Below, in pieces: positions 20,199 through 30,867 of a stretch of DNA of 64,000 nucleotides; the first letter of the stretch is position 1; every line of letters starts with the position of its first letter. Below the pieces are notes generated by a model. That model saw only the letters and a list, made by a program, of their open reading frames with translations. It was not told the origin of the DNA and made no database searches. The DNA is from Escherichia coli (GTDB lineage Bacteria > Pseudomonadota > Gammaproteobacteria > Enterobacterales > Enterobacteriaceae), in the NCBI RefSeq assembly GCF_036507355.1, contig NZ_AP027877.1; one strand, given 5' to 3'. Made by a program: the position numbers and the translations under genes.

Positions 20199-20426
20199 AT
20201 GCAGTGTTCATCACGCGATCCGCACGGTGAAATTACAGCTCACAGACTGTGGGGAAACCCGGGGCGCTGGGTGATTGAAGACGACCTGTCCAGTTACTTC
20301 GACACCGTACACCATCGACTGCTGATGAAAGCCGTACGCCGCAGGATCAGTGACGCACGTTTTATGGCCCTCCTGTGGAAAACCATCAAGGCGGGCACAT
20401 CGAGGTCGGTCTCTTTCGGGCGGTAA
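20199..20426 (+). pseudogene. reverse transcriptase fragment (group II intron/retron-type RT, as in K-12 CP4-6 ykfC)
   Basis: translation contains IEDDLSSYFDTVHHRLLMKAVRRRISDARFMALLWKTIKAG, the RT fingers/palm motif context; only about 75 codons. Confidence 0.55.
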
Positions 20427-20439
20427 GTGACGCCGCGCC

Positions 20440-20684
20440 AGCTGACGTTGCCACGAATATTCGCCAATACGCTGCCAGACTTCGGTATGAAAGCGCAGAA
20501 TCAATGACCGGTAATCGGCCATGCTTTCGCGGTACGGCAGCGTCAACGTAAAGCAGAACACCACGAGTCGTGGGTAATGGTCAACGGCCTGTTGCAGAAA
20601 GGCTCGTGTATTTGTCGTGTCAGTCGAATTGCCGGAGACGATGGAGGGAGAATAAGGATTCATAACGGCGCTCTCAATGAACAC
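20440..20684 (-). pseudogene. prophage-remnant protein fragment (possibly inovirus Gp2-like)
   Basis: N-terminal part of minus-strand ORF 20211..20684 (MNPYSPSIVSGNSTDTTNTRAFLQQAVDHYPRL...); the rest of that ORF overlaps the RT fragment on the other strand and is probably read-through. Confidence 0.3.
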
Positions 20685-20888
20685 TGGTGTGATGGACAGG
20701 AGTGTGATGTTGCAGGTGTGCTGCTCATCATCGATCCCATATCATTACGTTCGCTCACTAAGACGGAGTGCCTTTCGTCATTTAACCTGTCACAATCCAA
20801 ATAATTTCAGACAGATATTATCTCCGTGAATCCCCCGCCTCCTTAACCGGAGCGCGGGGATTTTTCTTTTTCACGTTGAGAACTCTGT

Positions 20889-21773
20889 ATGACTAAACCT
20901 CACGGCCTTCAGGCCCTTGAACAACCGCTGGCGTCGCTTCCCGATGCGCTTCGCCAGCTTATTCTTGAACGTATTCAGAATCTCACCCACTATGAGCCGG
21001 TGATTGGTATCATGGGCAAAAGCGGTGCCGGTAAGTCTTCGCTCTGTAACGAACTCTTCCGGGGTGAGGTCTCCCCCGTCAGTGATGTGAACGCCTGTAC
21101 CCGTGAAGTGCTGCGCTTCCGGCTGCGCAGCGGGCGTCACAGTCTGGTGATTGTTGATTTACCGGGTGTGGGAGAAAACGGGCAACGGGACCATGAATAC
21201 CGTGCCCTGTACCGGCGTATGCTGCCGGAACTGGACCTGGTTCTGTGGGTCATTAAGTCCGATGACCGGGCGCTGTCGGTGGACGAGCAGTTCTGGCGCG
21301 GTGTGATGCAGCCTTACCAGCAGCAGGTGGTGTTCGTGATTAACCAGGCCGACAAAATAGAACCCAGCCATGAATGGGATACCCGTTCTGGTACTCCCTC
21401 AGCACAGCAACAGAAAAATCTTCAGGAAAAGCAGGTTGCCATTACCACGATGTTTAAGCCACATCACCCGGTCTGCGTGGTATCCGCATGTACCGGATGG
21501 GGCGTGGAGGATATGGTAGCAACCATGATGCGCTGTCTGCCGGACCGCGCCACCAGCCCAGTAGCGACACAGTTGCACGGGAGGCTCTGCACGGAGCCGG
21601 TAAAGTCGCAGGCCCGTGACGGCTTCGGTGAGGCGGTGGGGCGGTGGGGCGGGTGTTCGATACGGCAGAATCATCGTTATTCCTGCCTGCGCCGCTGAAG
21701 ACGGTGATACGTACCGTGCGTGATGCTGTGGTGTCTGTAGCCCGCGCGGTCTGGGACTGGATCTTCTTCTGAA
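20889..21773 (+). pseudogene. YeeP/YkfA/YfjP-like prophage GTPase with a probable 3' frameshift
   Basis: Walker A GKSGAGKSS, G3 DLPG and NQADK G4 motifs; the ORF ends at 21698 but a plausible conserved C-terminus (...TVIRTVRDAVVSVARAVWDWIFF) continues in another frame to about 21773. Confidence 0.65.
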
Positions 21774-22032
21774 TGAGTAAAAGGTCATCAGGACTGTAGT
21801 GAATGACTCTGTTTATTCACCGCCTGGTAGATGATTATTTCCAGGCAGACATAACCTGTCCTGACCAGCAAAAGATACCACCAGTCATAAGCGCGTCACC
21901 ACTGCCGACGTTGCATCCACACAGTCTTCTTGCACCAGGCGTTTCGCTACGTATGACGGACACAACCTGTCAGTCCCATCCTTTACAGTAATACCTTCTT
22001 TATTAATCAATTACCCAACACGGAGATAATAC

Positions 22033-22736
22033 ATGTCTCAGGCTGAGCGTCGTTATGACCGCCTGTCTGTCCGGCTTTCTCTAATTATCAGCCGTCTGCT
22101 CGCGGGTGAAACGCTGAATATGCGCAAACTGGCCGCTGAGTTTGGCATCTCGGAGCGTACCCTACATCGTGATTTCCGCGAGCGTCTGATTTATCTCGAC
22201 CTCGAATATCAGGATGGCTGCTGCCGTCTGCTGACCGGAGGCCGTCAGGAGATTCGGGAGGAGGCCGCAATGCAGTTTGCCCGTCAGTCAGGCACTGGCG
22301 CGTTGTTTCCTGATATGGACCACCATCTGGTCAATTCATTGCTGAGCAGCAAGGACTCCTCGCCATGTCTTATCTGGCATCCGTAACGTCTTCCCGCCCA
22401 GGCATCTTCACACGACTGGTCAGGGCGGTATCAGAAAACAGGAAGGTAACCCTGCTGGCTGACGGATGCCGTTGCGACAACCTTGCCCCCTACCGACTGA
22501 TTTTCAGCACCGGTGGGTGGTTTCTGGTGGGGGAACACCTTGCCCGGATAACCGTTTTTGCACTGCACACAGTTCACTCCGTGACGTTTCACGCGGAAAC
22601 CTTCACACCAGACGGACATTTCACCCGCATTCTGTCACACCCGGATTTTTTACAGGCGTTACCTCATTTTCATGTTTTTCATTCACTACTCGCTGACGGC
22701 AGTTACGGGCAGCTTACCCATAAGGAACAGGCATGA
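22033..22736 (+). pseudogene. YfjR-like HTH/WYL transcriptional regulator, split into two overlapping ORFs (22033..22386 and 22365..22736)
   Basis: N-terminal HTH ([21 protein letters not shown]) in ORF 1; ORF 2 in a different frame carries a WYL-like segment (GGWFLVGEH); combined length about 235 aa fits a single regulator. Confidence 0.45.
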
Positions 22737-23368
22737 AATTACTCACCTCGGCGGCGCTGGCCGCCAGCCTCTGCATTACCTCTGTGACCCCGGCCATCGC
22801 AGAAAATATCGTGGGTTCAGTTAAGGCCTGGCAGTACATGCAGGCTGATGGCTGGAAATCCGCTGATGGATACGATGATAACCGCATGCATAACGAGTTA
22901 TACCAGGCGGTCGTTCTTGATAATTATCCCTGGACGAATCACTTTCTGCTTCGTAGCAGAGGCGGTAGTTCGCTTTATCTGGCAGACAAGAAAGCTAAAA
23001 CTGTCAAATACATCGATATAAAACCTCGCGACGAGTATCCGTTACATCTTCAGGTTGTTTATCGGGGAATTGATGACGGGAGTGGCTGTTATTTCGCCAT
23101 TGTAGATGACCGAATGGCAAACTACTGGACGATTGTTGAAGATCGTCTTCTCTATCAGGACCCACCTGTTGAAGACGTCGATGCGAAAGCAGCTGAGCTT
23201 AGAAAACAACTCACGCCGGAAGTCGTGATGATGGTGAAGGATAATTGTATTGACAAACAGCAGCAGGCTGCACTGGCAGCTAAGCGTTCTGAAAAAGATC
23301 GAGAGTTGCAACAGTGGGTGGCGAAACAGAGCCTGGCGGAATTATGTCGTCGTACCGGCAACTGCTGA
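22733..23368 (+). CDS. hypothetical secreted protein (CP4-like remnant)
   Basis: 211-aa ORF with signal peptide MKLLTSAALAASLCITSVTPAIA; start overlaps the preceding stop. Confidence 0.5.
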   Translation: MKLLTSAALAASLCITSVTPAIAENIVGSVKAWQYMQADGWKSADGYDDNRMHNELYQAVVLDNYPWTNHFLLRSRGGSSLYLADKKAKTVKYIDIKPRDEYPLHLQVVYRGIDDGSGCYFAIVDDRMANYWTIVEDRLLYQDPPVEDVDAKAAELRKQLTPEVVMMVKDNCIDKQQQAALAAKRSEKDRELQQWVAKQSLAELCRRTGNC

Positions 23369-23403
23369 CCCGCTGAAAACAACCATAACAGGGAGTTTTT
23401 AAC

Positions 23404-23856
23404 ATGAATATATTTACTACGCGTCTGACGACCTCTCTGGTGGTCATCGGCACTCTGCTGCTCTCCGGCTGCGACAGCAAGGAAGATGCAGGCGTGAAGA
23501 CGATTGCCCGATTTAAGGACCTGACTCCGCCGCCCTTCAGCGACGTGGTGGCGCATAAATCCGATATCGAGCAGGAATGGGTAAAAAAGGATGCCTTCGG
23601 CACACCGCTATACACGGTAATGAAAACTCGCCAGTCGCCGGAAGGCTGTGAGTCCGGCAGTTATTACTACATTGCTGATATGCAGCAGAAAACGGTGCAG
23701 CCGCTGATAGCCGCCCTGTGTCTCGCGGACAATATTACTCTGAGCTTCCGGATCGAGACCGACAGCTACACGGGTGAGAAATCGGTGGTGTATTCGCACG
23801 ATGGCAAGGAAATGGGGAAACTCTTGCTGCCGGATAACCAGGAGAACCATCCATGA
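23404..23856 (+). CDS. hypothetical lipoprotein (YfjS-like position)
   Basis: 150-aa ORF with lipobox LLLSGC. Confidence 0.5.
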   Translation: MNIFTTRLTTSLVVIGTLLLSGCDSKEDAGVKTIARFKDLTPPPFSDVVAHKSDIEQEWVKKDAFGTPLYTVMKTRQSPEGCESGSYYYIADMQQKTVQPLIAALCLADNITLSFRIETDSYTGEKSVVYSHDGKEMGKLLLPDNQENHP

Positions 23857-24305
23857 AGAAGCTGAAAGGTGTTATCTCTGCTGCAGTCCTGAGTCTGTAT
23901 TTGCTGACACCGGCCCATGCTGATGGCGGTTTTCAGGGTGCCATCAAAGGCGGCATTCCGGCCTACACCCGCGATGTAAAACACAACAACCCCTTCTGGT
24001 GTAACCAGTACAAACTGGTGAGAAAGATGTGTGAAGTGGTTTCGCAATCGGAAAATGGGCGCGTTGCCATTGTCAGAATGGTCCCCACCGACTGGAAATG
24101 CCCCAACGGTATCTGGGGTGTGGTTGACCGTTCTAATGGTGACGCCATGGAGTTGGTCCCGACGGCGAAAATGTCCCTGGAGCAGTACTGCAGCAAGGCA
24201 TTCAGTGCAGGTTTTGTCAAACCACAGAACAGGAAATCACTGGCCGACGTCGTGATGTACTACAACGGCAAGCCAGTCGGTTCTTTCGAATACATTGAAG
24301 AGTGA
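23853..24305 (+). CDS. hypothetical secreted protein (YfjT-like position)
   Basis: 150-aa ORF with signal peptide MKKLKGVISAAVLSLYLLTPAHA; overlaps the previous stop (operon-like). Confidence 0.5.
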   Translation: MKKLKGVISAAVLSLYLLTPAHADGGFQGAIKGGIPAYTRDVKHNNPFWCNQYKLVRKMCEVVSQSENGRVAIVRMVPTDWKCPNGIWGVVDRSNGDAMELVPTAKMSLEQYCSKAFSAGFVKPQNRKSLADVVMYYNGKPVGSFEYIEE

Positions 24306-24367
24306 ACTCCCCGCCTCAGGGAGAAGCTTCCCGTATTCATTTAACACATTAAAAATAAAGGAAAAGA

Positions 24368-24910
24368 ATGAACTGGCATTATGAGAAAAATGGCGTGCGT
24401 CACGACAATGTGACCGAAGCCGACATAACCGAACGTATTCAGCGCGGGGAGCTGAATGCCTCAACGCTGGTATGGCAACAGGGCATGACGGAATGGCAGC
24501 CGCTGTCAGCCACGCCGCTGGCAGATGTCCTGAAACAATGTGCGGTTCCCCCCGCGCTGCCCGGCAATCGTATCCCCGGAAGCATGGTCTGGACGCTGGC
24601 CTTTGCGCCCCTGATTGGGTATGCCCTGGAGATGTGGACGGCCGGGCTGAGCGGAATGGAATTTGAAGAGGCGTATGCCGCCGTGACGGAGGGGCAATAC
24701 TGGTTTATCACACTGATACTGAATATTGCGCTGGGGTATCTGGATGAACGACGGCTCCGTAAATCCGGCGTTGATACCGCCGCCTTTGGCTGGCTGGCCT
24801 GGCTGGTTCCGTTTTATCTGTGGCGTCGGGCAAAAGCCCTCGGACAGAAACCGGCTTACTTCTGGGTCTGGCTGGTCACGCTGACAGTGACAGTCCTGGG
24901 CGCAGGATAA
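24368..24910 (+). CDS. hypothetical membrane protein with N-terminal GYF-like/DUF4339-like segment
   Basis: 180-aa ORF; NGVRHDNVTEADITERIQRGELNASTLVWQQGMTEWQPL followed by hydrophobic helices. Confidence 0.45.
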   Translation: MNWHYEKNGVRHDNVTEADITERIQRGELNASTLVWQQGMTEWQPLSATPLADVLKQCAVPPALPGNRIPGSMVWTLAFAPLIGYALEMWTAGLSGMEFEEAYAAVTEGQYWFITLILNIALGYLDERRLRKSGVDTAAFGWLAWLVPFYLWRRAKALGQKPAYFWVWLVTLTVTVLGAG

Positions 24911-24969
24911 CCGGCATCAGCGCTGTCCGGCCCGGATGAGCAGGCAAGTTAAATCAAGGAACAATATCA

Positions 24970-25800
24970 ATGAACAACATGCTGAAAAGTGTTATTTCCG
25001 CTGCGACCCTGAGTCTGTGTCTGCTGACACCCGCTCATGCAGAAGAGCAACGTTATATCAGTATTCCCAGCGTCTTCGGGGAAGGTAAGCACGTGTCCCG
25101 TTCAGACCATTACAGCTACATACCGACCATTACCCTGCTGGAGAACCTGCAGCGTGAAGGATTCCAGCCGTTCTTTGCCTGCCAGACCCGCGTCAGGGAC
25201 CAGAGCCGCCGTGAGCATACGAAACATATGCTGCGCCTGCGTCGCTCCGGGCAGATAACCGGTCAGCAGGTGCCGGAAATTATCCTGCTCAATTCGCATG
25301 ACGGTTCGTCCAGTTACCAGATGTTGCCGGGGTATTTCCGTGCCATCTGTACCAACGGTCTCGTCTGCGGGCAGTCATTTGGCGAGGTGCGAGTGCCACA
25401 CCGGGGAAATGTCGTGGAGAAAGTGATTGAAGGCGCTTACGAAGTCCTCGGTGTGTTCGACCGGGTGGAAGAGAAGCGTGATGCGATGCAGTCGCTTTTA
25501 CTCCCGCCACCGGCACAACAGGCTTTTGCCAGAGCCGCGCTGACGTACCGCTTCGGGGAAGAGCACCAGCCGGTGACGGAAGCGCAGATACTGACACCCC
25601 GCCGCTATGAAGACCGTCAGGATGACCTGTGGTCAGTTTTTAATCGGTGCCAGGAGAACCTGCTCAAAGGGGGGCTGCCAGGACGTACTGCCAAAGGCAA
25701 ACGCAGCCATACCCGCGCGGTGAAAGGCATCGACGGCGACGTTAAGCTCAACCGGGCACTCTGGGTGATGGCGGAAAAACTGCAGCAGGCGCTGAGCTGA
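24970..25800 (+). CDS. DUF932-like prophage protein carrying an N-terminal signal peptide
   Basis: 276-aa ORF; signal peptide MNNMLKSVISAATLSLCLLTPAHA homologous to that of ORF 23853; body contains YIPTITLLENLQREGFQPFFACQTR; family assignment from memory. Confidence 0.45.
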   Translation: MNNMLKSVISAATLSLCLLTPAHAEEQRYISIPSVFGEGKHVSRSDHYSYIPTITLLENLQREGFQPFFACQTRVRDQSRREHTKHMLRLRRSGQITGQQVPEIILLNSHDGSSSYQMLPGYFRAICTNGLVCGQSFGEVRVPHRGNVVEKVIEGAYEVLGVFDRVEEKRDAMQSLLLPPPAQQAFARAALTYRFGEEHQPVTEAQILTPRRYEDRQDDLWSVFNRCQENLLKGGLPGRTAKGKRSHTRAVKGIDGDVKLNRALWVMAEKLQQALS

Positions 25801-26067
25801 TGCCACCACTGCCTGATAACGCCCACCCGGCCGCCATTAATCCTGCCCCCTGGAGAACAACCCCGGCAGCCGCCCCATCTCCGATGACGACCTGTGCGCC
25901 TGTGCTCACACCTTCTTTATCGTCCCGGTGAACTCAGTTTCTGCCGGTTAAGTCTCGCTGACGGCCACTGGCCCTCACACTGTGATGAAGACGGCTATGC
26001 GCAGTCCTGTCCGTCACTCCGATTGAACCGGTATCCCCAACACAATGAATGAAAGAGGAAAAACAAC

Positions 26068-26538
26068 ATGACCGATAACACTCTGCCACTGTTCACACCC
26101 GCAGCAGATGCTCCTGCTGCGGCTCAGCATCAGATTATCGCTATACCGGTAACCGATGAGAACCGCATCAGCTTCTGGCCGCAGCACTTTGGCAGCATTC
26201 CGCAGTGGATAATCCTTGAGCCGACCATCTTCGCGTGGATGGACCGCTTCTGCACGGACTACAGCGGCGGCATCTGGAATTTTTACACGCTGAGCAACGG
26301 CGGCGCGTTTATGGCCCCGGAAGTGGAGAACGATGAACTCTGGTCGCTGTTTAACACGATGAACGGCAACGGCGGTGACATGAGTGCCGAAGCTGCAGGG
26401 ATTGCGGTCTGTCTGATGGCTTTCAGCCACCATGCCTGCCGTACCGAATGCGACGCCATGACGGAGCACTACTACCGCCTGCGGGACTACGCGCTCAACC
26501 ACGCGGAATGCAACGCCATCATGCACATCATCGACTGA
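26068..26538 (+). CDS. antirestriction protein, KlcA/ArdB family (YafX/YfjX-like)
   Basis: 156-aa ORF; sequence and gene order typical of CP4-type remnants. Confidence 0.75.
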   Translation: MTDNTLPLFTPAADAPAAAQHQIIAIPVTDENRISFWPQHFGSIPQWIILEPTIFAWMDRFCTDYSGGIWNFYTLSNGGAFMAPEVENDELWSLFNTMNGNGGDMSAEAAGIAVCLMAFSHHACRTECDAMTEHYYRLRDYALNHAECNAIMHIID

Positions 26539-26549
26539 GGTCAGCCGCT

Positions 26550-27029
26550 ATGGAGCAACAGTTACCGTTGTTTGCCCGTGAATTAGCCCCTGCCGACCAG
26601 CAGACAGTCAGGAAAGCCTTATCTCTGCTGGAGTGCCAGCTACGTGAAACCGGCGCGTCATTTACTTCCAGCCATGCTGTCCGCGACTGGCTGCGCCTGC
26701 AGCTCGCGTCACTGGAGCGGGAAGAGTTTACCGCGCTCTTTCTCGATAACCAGCATCGCCTGATAGCCCACGAAACGCTATTTACCGGCACCATCAACCA
26801 TACGCAGGTCCATCCCCGCGAAGTGGTGAAGGCCGGTCTGAAGCATAACTGCGCCGCTGTCATTGTCGCCCATAGCCATCCCTCCGGGGAGGCTGAACCC
26901 AGCAAGGCAGACCGTCAGGTCACTACGCGTATTCAGCAGGCGCTGGACCTGGTTGATATCCGCTTGCTGGACCACCTGGTGGTCGGCGGCATGGAGATCA
27001 CCTCGTTTGCAGATCGTGGCTGGCTGTAG
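26550..27029 (+). CDS. RadC-like JAB-domain protein (YkfG/YeeS/YfjY-like)
   Basis: start at internal MEQQLPLF of ORF 26448..27029; JAMM motif [14 protein letters not shown]. Confidence 0.8.
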   Translation: MEQQLPLFARELAPADQQTVRKALSLLECQLRETGASFTSSHAVRDWLRLQLASLEREEFTALFLDNQHRLIAHETLFTGTINHTQVHPREVVKAGLKHNCAAVIVAHSHPSGEAEPSKADRQVTTRIQQALDLVDIRLLDHLVVGGMEITSFADRGWL

Positions 27030-27049
27030 CACAACAGGAGAATAACCGA

Positions 27050-27271
27050 ATGAAAATTATCAGTAAACGTCAGGCTATGGCGATATACCGCCAGCATCCG
27101 CAGTCCCGGTTGTTTCCCTTCTGCACGGGTAAATACAAATGGTCTGGCAGCATCTGCCACTACGCTGGGCAGGAGGTTCAGGATATCAGCGGTGTGCTCG
27201 CGGTCTTCGCTGAACGCCGTCAGAACCGCAACGGCCCCTATGTCGTATTACGCAGCGTCACGCTGAATTAA
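27050..27271 (+). CDS. DUF987-family small protein (YkfH/YeeT-like)
   Basis: 73-aa ORF immediately upstream of the antitoxin gene, conserved position. Confidence 0.65.
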   Translation: MKIISKRQAMAIYRQHPQSRLFPFCTGKYKWSGSICHYAGQEVQDISGVLAVFAERRQNRNGPYVVLRSVTLN

Positions 27272-27294
27272 CACACGTTTAAGGAAGGCTAAAA

Positions 27295-27654
27295 TTGTCG
27301 AATAAAATACCGACAGTAAACCACGATATCACTGAACCCTGGTGGGGGCTTAAACGCAGTATCACGCCCTGTTTTGGCGCACGGCTGGTGCAGTCGGGCA
27401 ACTGTCTGCATTATCTCGCTGACCGGGCCAGCATCACCGGACAGTTCAGCGACGGGGATTTACGGCATCTCGACCAGGCATTTCCACTGCTGCTCAAACA
27501 GCTTGAACTGATGCTCACCAGCGGTGAACTCACTCCCCGCCATCAGCACTGTGTCACGCTCTATGCAAAAGGGCTGACCTGCGAGGCCGACTCCCTCGGC
27601 TCGCATGGTTACGTATACCTGGCGATTTATCCGACACCAGCGGCAACCGCGTAA
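27295..27654 (+). CDS. type IV antitoxin, CbeA/YeeU/YafW family
   Basis: 119-aa [24 protein letters not shown]...; canonical neighbour of the CbtA toxin gene. Confidence 0.8.
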   Translation: MSNKIPTVNHDITEPWWGLKRSITPCFGARLVQSGNCLHYLADRASITGQFSDGDLRHLDQAFPLLLKQLELMLTSGELTPRHQHCVTLYAKGLTCEADSLGSHGYVYLAIYPTPAATA

Positions 27655-27704
27655 AGCTTCTTACTACTTACCCTCGTTTTACCCATCAACAAAGAGATCC
27701 CACT

Positions 27705-28082
27705 ATGCAAACCCAACCACTATCCTCAACGCAGGAGGCTACATCACGCCCGTCACCGGTGGAGATCTGGCAACGGCTTCTGAGCCACCTGTTGGATCGT
27801 CACTACGGTCTGACGCTTAACGACACGCCGTTTGGCAACGACGGTGTGATTCAGGAGCATATCGACGCCGGTATATCACTGTGCGACGCCGTGAATTTTA
27901 TTGTGGAGAAGTACGATCTGGTGCGCATCGATCGTCACGGTTTCAGTACAGAAACACAGTTGCCGCGTCACACCAGTATCGATATTCTCCGCGCCCGCAA
28001 AGCCACCGGGTTGATGACTCGCAACGATTACAGAACGGTGACCGACATCACCACCGGTAAATACCGTGGGGGGCATCGATGA
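27705..28082 (+). CDS. type IV toxin, CbtA/YeeV/YkfI family (cytoskeleton-targeting)
   Basis: 125-aa ORF following the antitoxin gene; sequence typical of the CbtA family. Confidence 0.8.
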   Translation: MQTQPLSSTQEATSRPSPVEIWQRLLSHLLDRHYGLTLNDTPFGNDGVIQEHIDAGISLCDAVNFIVEKYDLVRIDRHGFSTETQLPRHTSIDILRARKATGLMTRNDYRTVTDITTGKYRGGHR

Positions 28083-28570
28083 AGTTATCCCTGACGGTAG
28101 AAGCCGACGCCATCAACGTTCTGGCCCTGAATGCGGGCCGGATCGCTGTGGATATTGACGGCATTGAACTGGCTGCGCTGATCGATGTGGTCTGTGATAA
28201 CGGTTATTCCCTTCGCGTTGCTGACTCCCCCGGAAAGCTGGTCGTTGAAGATCCGCTTCCACCCGTCGCCCGCGTTAATGGCATCCAGTGCAGTACCGCG
28301 CATATTACGGAGAAAGACAACGCTCTGCTGTTTACTCTTTCACACCAGAATGAAGACTTTGGTGAGTCGGAATGGATTAGTTACACCGGGTCGGGTTATC
28401 TGCTCCACCTGGGTGCCTGGTCATTTCCGGTCTTACGCCTCAAACGTCTCGGTCTGTCGAAAGCCTGCCGTCGGTTAGTAGTGACGCTTATCCGTCGCTA
28501 CGCCGTTGGCATTGTTCATCTGGATGCCTTTGGCGAAGTGCTGCCGGGCTTTGACATTTTCGACTGGTAA
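28079..28570 (+). CDS. hypothetical protein (YeeW-like position)
   Basis: 163-aa ORF overlapping the toxin stop; family not verified. Confidence 0.4.
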   Translation: MKLSLTVEADAINVLALNAGRIAVDIDGIELAALIDVVCDNGYSLRVADSPGKLVVEDPLPPVARVNGIQCSTAHITEKDNALLFTLSHQNEDFGESEWISYTGSGYLLHLGAWSFPVLRLKRLGLSKACRRLVVTLIRRYAVGIVHLDAFGEVLPGFDIFDW

Positions 28571-28601
28571 ATCTTCTCACCAATAAGCACAGGATATTCT
28601 C

Positions 28602-28805
28602 ATGGAGAAATTAACCACCGAAGTGGCTCTCAACGTTCTGATTGACTGGCTGCAGGACAACATCGATTGTGGGAACATGATTATTTTCGACAACGACGAA
28701 GACAACACCGATTCAGCAGTGCTGTTGCCCTGGATTGAACGTGCGCGTCAGGACGTTCGCGATCTCCGTCATCTTCAACTTCTGCGACAGACCAGTACAG
28801 ATTAA
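28602..28805 (+). CDS. small hypothetical protein
   Basis: 67-aa ORF in the CP4-like remnant. Confidence 0.3.
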   Translation: MEKLTTEVALNVLIDWLQDNIDCGNMIIFDNDEDNTDSAVLLPWIERARQDVRDLRHLQLLRQTSTD

Positions 28806-28861
28806 CCACCGAACAGTACTCATCACTTACTCATAATCGCCAGCCCTCACCGGCTGGCGCT

Positions 28862-29730
28862 TTGCTTTATATAAGGAACGAAATAATGTCAGAGCTTACT
28901 CTCACCAAACCCGAAGTATTAACCGGCCACACCGACGTGATTTGCTCCACCAGCATTGAGCGTATTGTCACGGGACGTAATGCCGCGCTGGCGCAGATTG
29001 AAGTGCTCATGCAACAACTGGACGATGTTTCGATGCTGACCCGCAGTCTCGGGGGAAAAACCGCGCTGGACTGGGCTATGAAGCAGGATTTCCGTTGCGG
29101 CTGCTGGTTGATGGAGAAACCAGAAACGGCGATGAAAGCTATTACCCGTAATCTCGATCGCAGCATATGGCGAGACCTGATGAAGAAGTCGGGCATGATT
29201 TCGCTCATGGATGCTCAGGCTCGTGACCAGTGGTACAACAGTCTGGAAAAGGATGACATTCCTGCCGTCAGCGAAGAGAATATTCTCAGCACGTTTGAGC
29301 AACTGCATCTGAACAAGGGCGAGGTGTTTGAGCGCGGAGTGATAAATGTGTTCAAAGGTTTAAGCTGGAATTTTAAGACAAATTCCCCTGCAAGTTTGGG
29401 GCGAAAATTATCGTTACCGGACTAGTCAAGTTCGATCGGTGGGGATTTGGGCTTAACTGGGGCTGGCAGCGTGACCGGTTAGCTGACCTTGAGCGTATGC
29501 TGATGCTTCTTGATGGCAAACCGGTTCCCTACAACCGCGCTGACGTTACCCGTCGTCTCAGCGATCATATCCATGAGAACAGGCACAGTAACCGTTACGA
29601 GGATGAGATGTTTGTGATTAAGTATTTTCAGAAGGGAACTGCACACATCGTATTCAAGCGACCTGAGTTGATTGATAAGCTGAACAACATCATCGCCCGA
29701 CACTATCCGGGAGCACTGCCAGCGAGATGA
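28862..29730 (+). pseudogene. DUF4942-like prophage protein, probably frameshifted (ORFs 28862..29425 and 29497..29730)
   Basis: two consecutive ORFs of 187 and 77 aa in different frames at the island end next to aspV; combined size fits the single ~270-aa genes found at this position in CP4-type elements; family assignment tentative. Confidence 0.4.
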
Positions 29731-29822
29731 GAGGTGAGTGAGTTGTCCGAAGCTATCTCAGGTGAGCCAGTGCAAGCCGGACGGCAATGGCATACTGGAT
29801 GGCATACCGAAAAAAACAAGCA

Positions 29823-29854
29823 TAAAAAAGGCCATGCTAATCAATAGCATGGCC
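29823..29854 (-). terminator. rho-independent terminator downstream of aspV
   Basis: hairpin ggccatgcta-atcaat-agcatggcc with T-tract on the minus strand. Confidence 0.55.
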
Positions 29855-29862
29855 TCGAATAG

Positions 29863-29939
29863 TGGCGGAACGGACGGGACTCGAACCCGCGACCCCCTGC
29901 GTGACAGGCAGGTATTCTAACCGACTGAACTACCGCTCC
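29863..29939 (-). tRNA. aspV: tRNA-Asp (GUC)
   Basis: reverse complement GGAGCGGTAGTTCAGTCGGTTAGAATACCTGCCTGTCACGCAGGGGGTCGCGGGTTCGAGTCCCGTCCGTTCCGCCA; identical to the copy at 38087..38163. Confidence 0.95.
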
Positions 29940-30071
29940 GCGTTGTGTTCCGTTGGGAACGAGGCGAATATTACGGATTGCCTCACCCTTCGTCAATGGT
30001 TTTTCTCATCTTTTGAATCGTTTGCTGCAAAAATCGCCCAAGTCGCTATTTTTAGCGCCTTTTACAGGTAT

Positions 30072-30803
30072 TTATGCCCGCCAGAGGCAGCTTCCGCCTT
30101 TCTTCTGCACCAGATCGAGACGGGCTTCATGTGCTGCAAGCTCTTCATCTGTCGCAAAAACAACGCGTAACTTACTTGCCTGACGTACAATGCGCTGAAT
30201 TGTTGCTTCACCTTGTTGCTGCTGTGTCTCTCCTTCCATCGCAAAAGCCATCGACGTTTGACCACCGGTCATCGCCAGATAAACTTCCGCAAGGATCTGG
30301 GCATCGAGTAATGCCCCGTGCAGCGTTCGTTTACTGTTATCTATTTCGTAGCGGGCACATAACGCATCGAGGCTGTTGCGTTTACCGGGAAACATTTTCC
30401 TCGCCACCGCAAGGCTATCGGTGACCTTACAGAAGGTGTTGGTCTTCGGAATATCACGCTTAAGCAACGAGAACTCGTAGTCCATAAAGCCGATATCGAA
30501 CGCTGCGTTATGGATCACCAACTCCGCGCCGCGGATATAGTCCATGAACTCATCGGCTACTTCGGCAAACGTGGGCTTATCGAGCAAAAACTCATCGGCA
30601 ATACCGTGTACGCCAAAGGCTTCCGGATCCACCAGCCGATCGGGTTTGAGATAAACATGGAAGTTATTGCCCGTCAGGCGACGGTTCACCACTTCAACGG
30701 CACCAATCTCAATGATCTTGTGGCCTTCATAGTGCGCACCAATCTGGTTCATACCGGTGGTTTCGGTATCGAGAACGATCTGGCGTGTAATTGCAGTGCT
30801 CAT
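30072..30803 (-). CDS. dnaQ: DNA polymerase III epsilon subunit (3'-5' proofreading exonuclease)
   Basis: 243 aa from [19 protein letters not shown]; DEDDh exonuclease motifs. Confidence 0.9.
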
Positions 30804-30867
30804 AGCGGTCATTTATGTCAGACTTGTCGTTTTACAGTTCGATTCAATTACAGGAAGTCTACCAGAG

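Noticed and set aside
6290-29860. Looked for CRISPR arrays and for a direct repeat of the aspV 3' end marking the distal island boundary
   Set aside because: No regularly spaced short repeats were seen anywhere in the window, and no copy of the tRNA 3' end was found by eye; only the yafV 3' duplication was found, which is reported separately.
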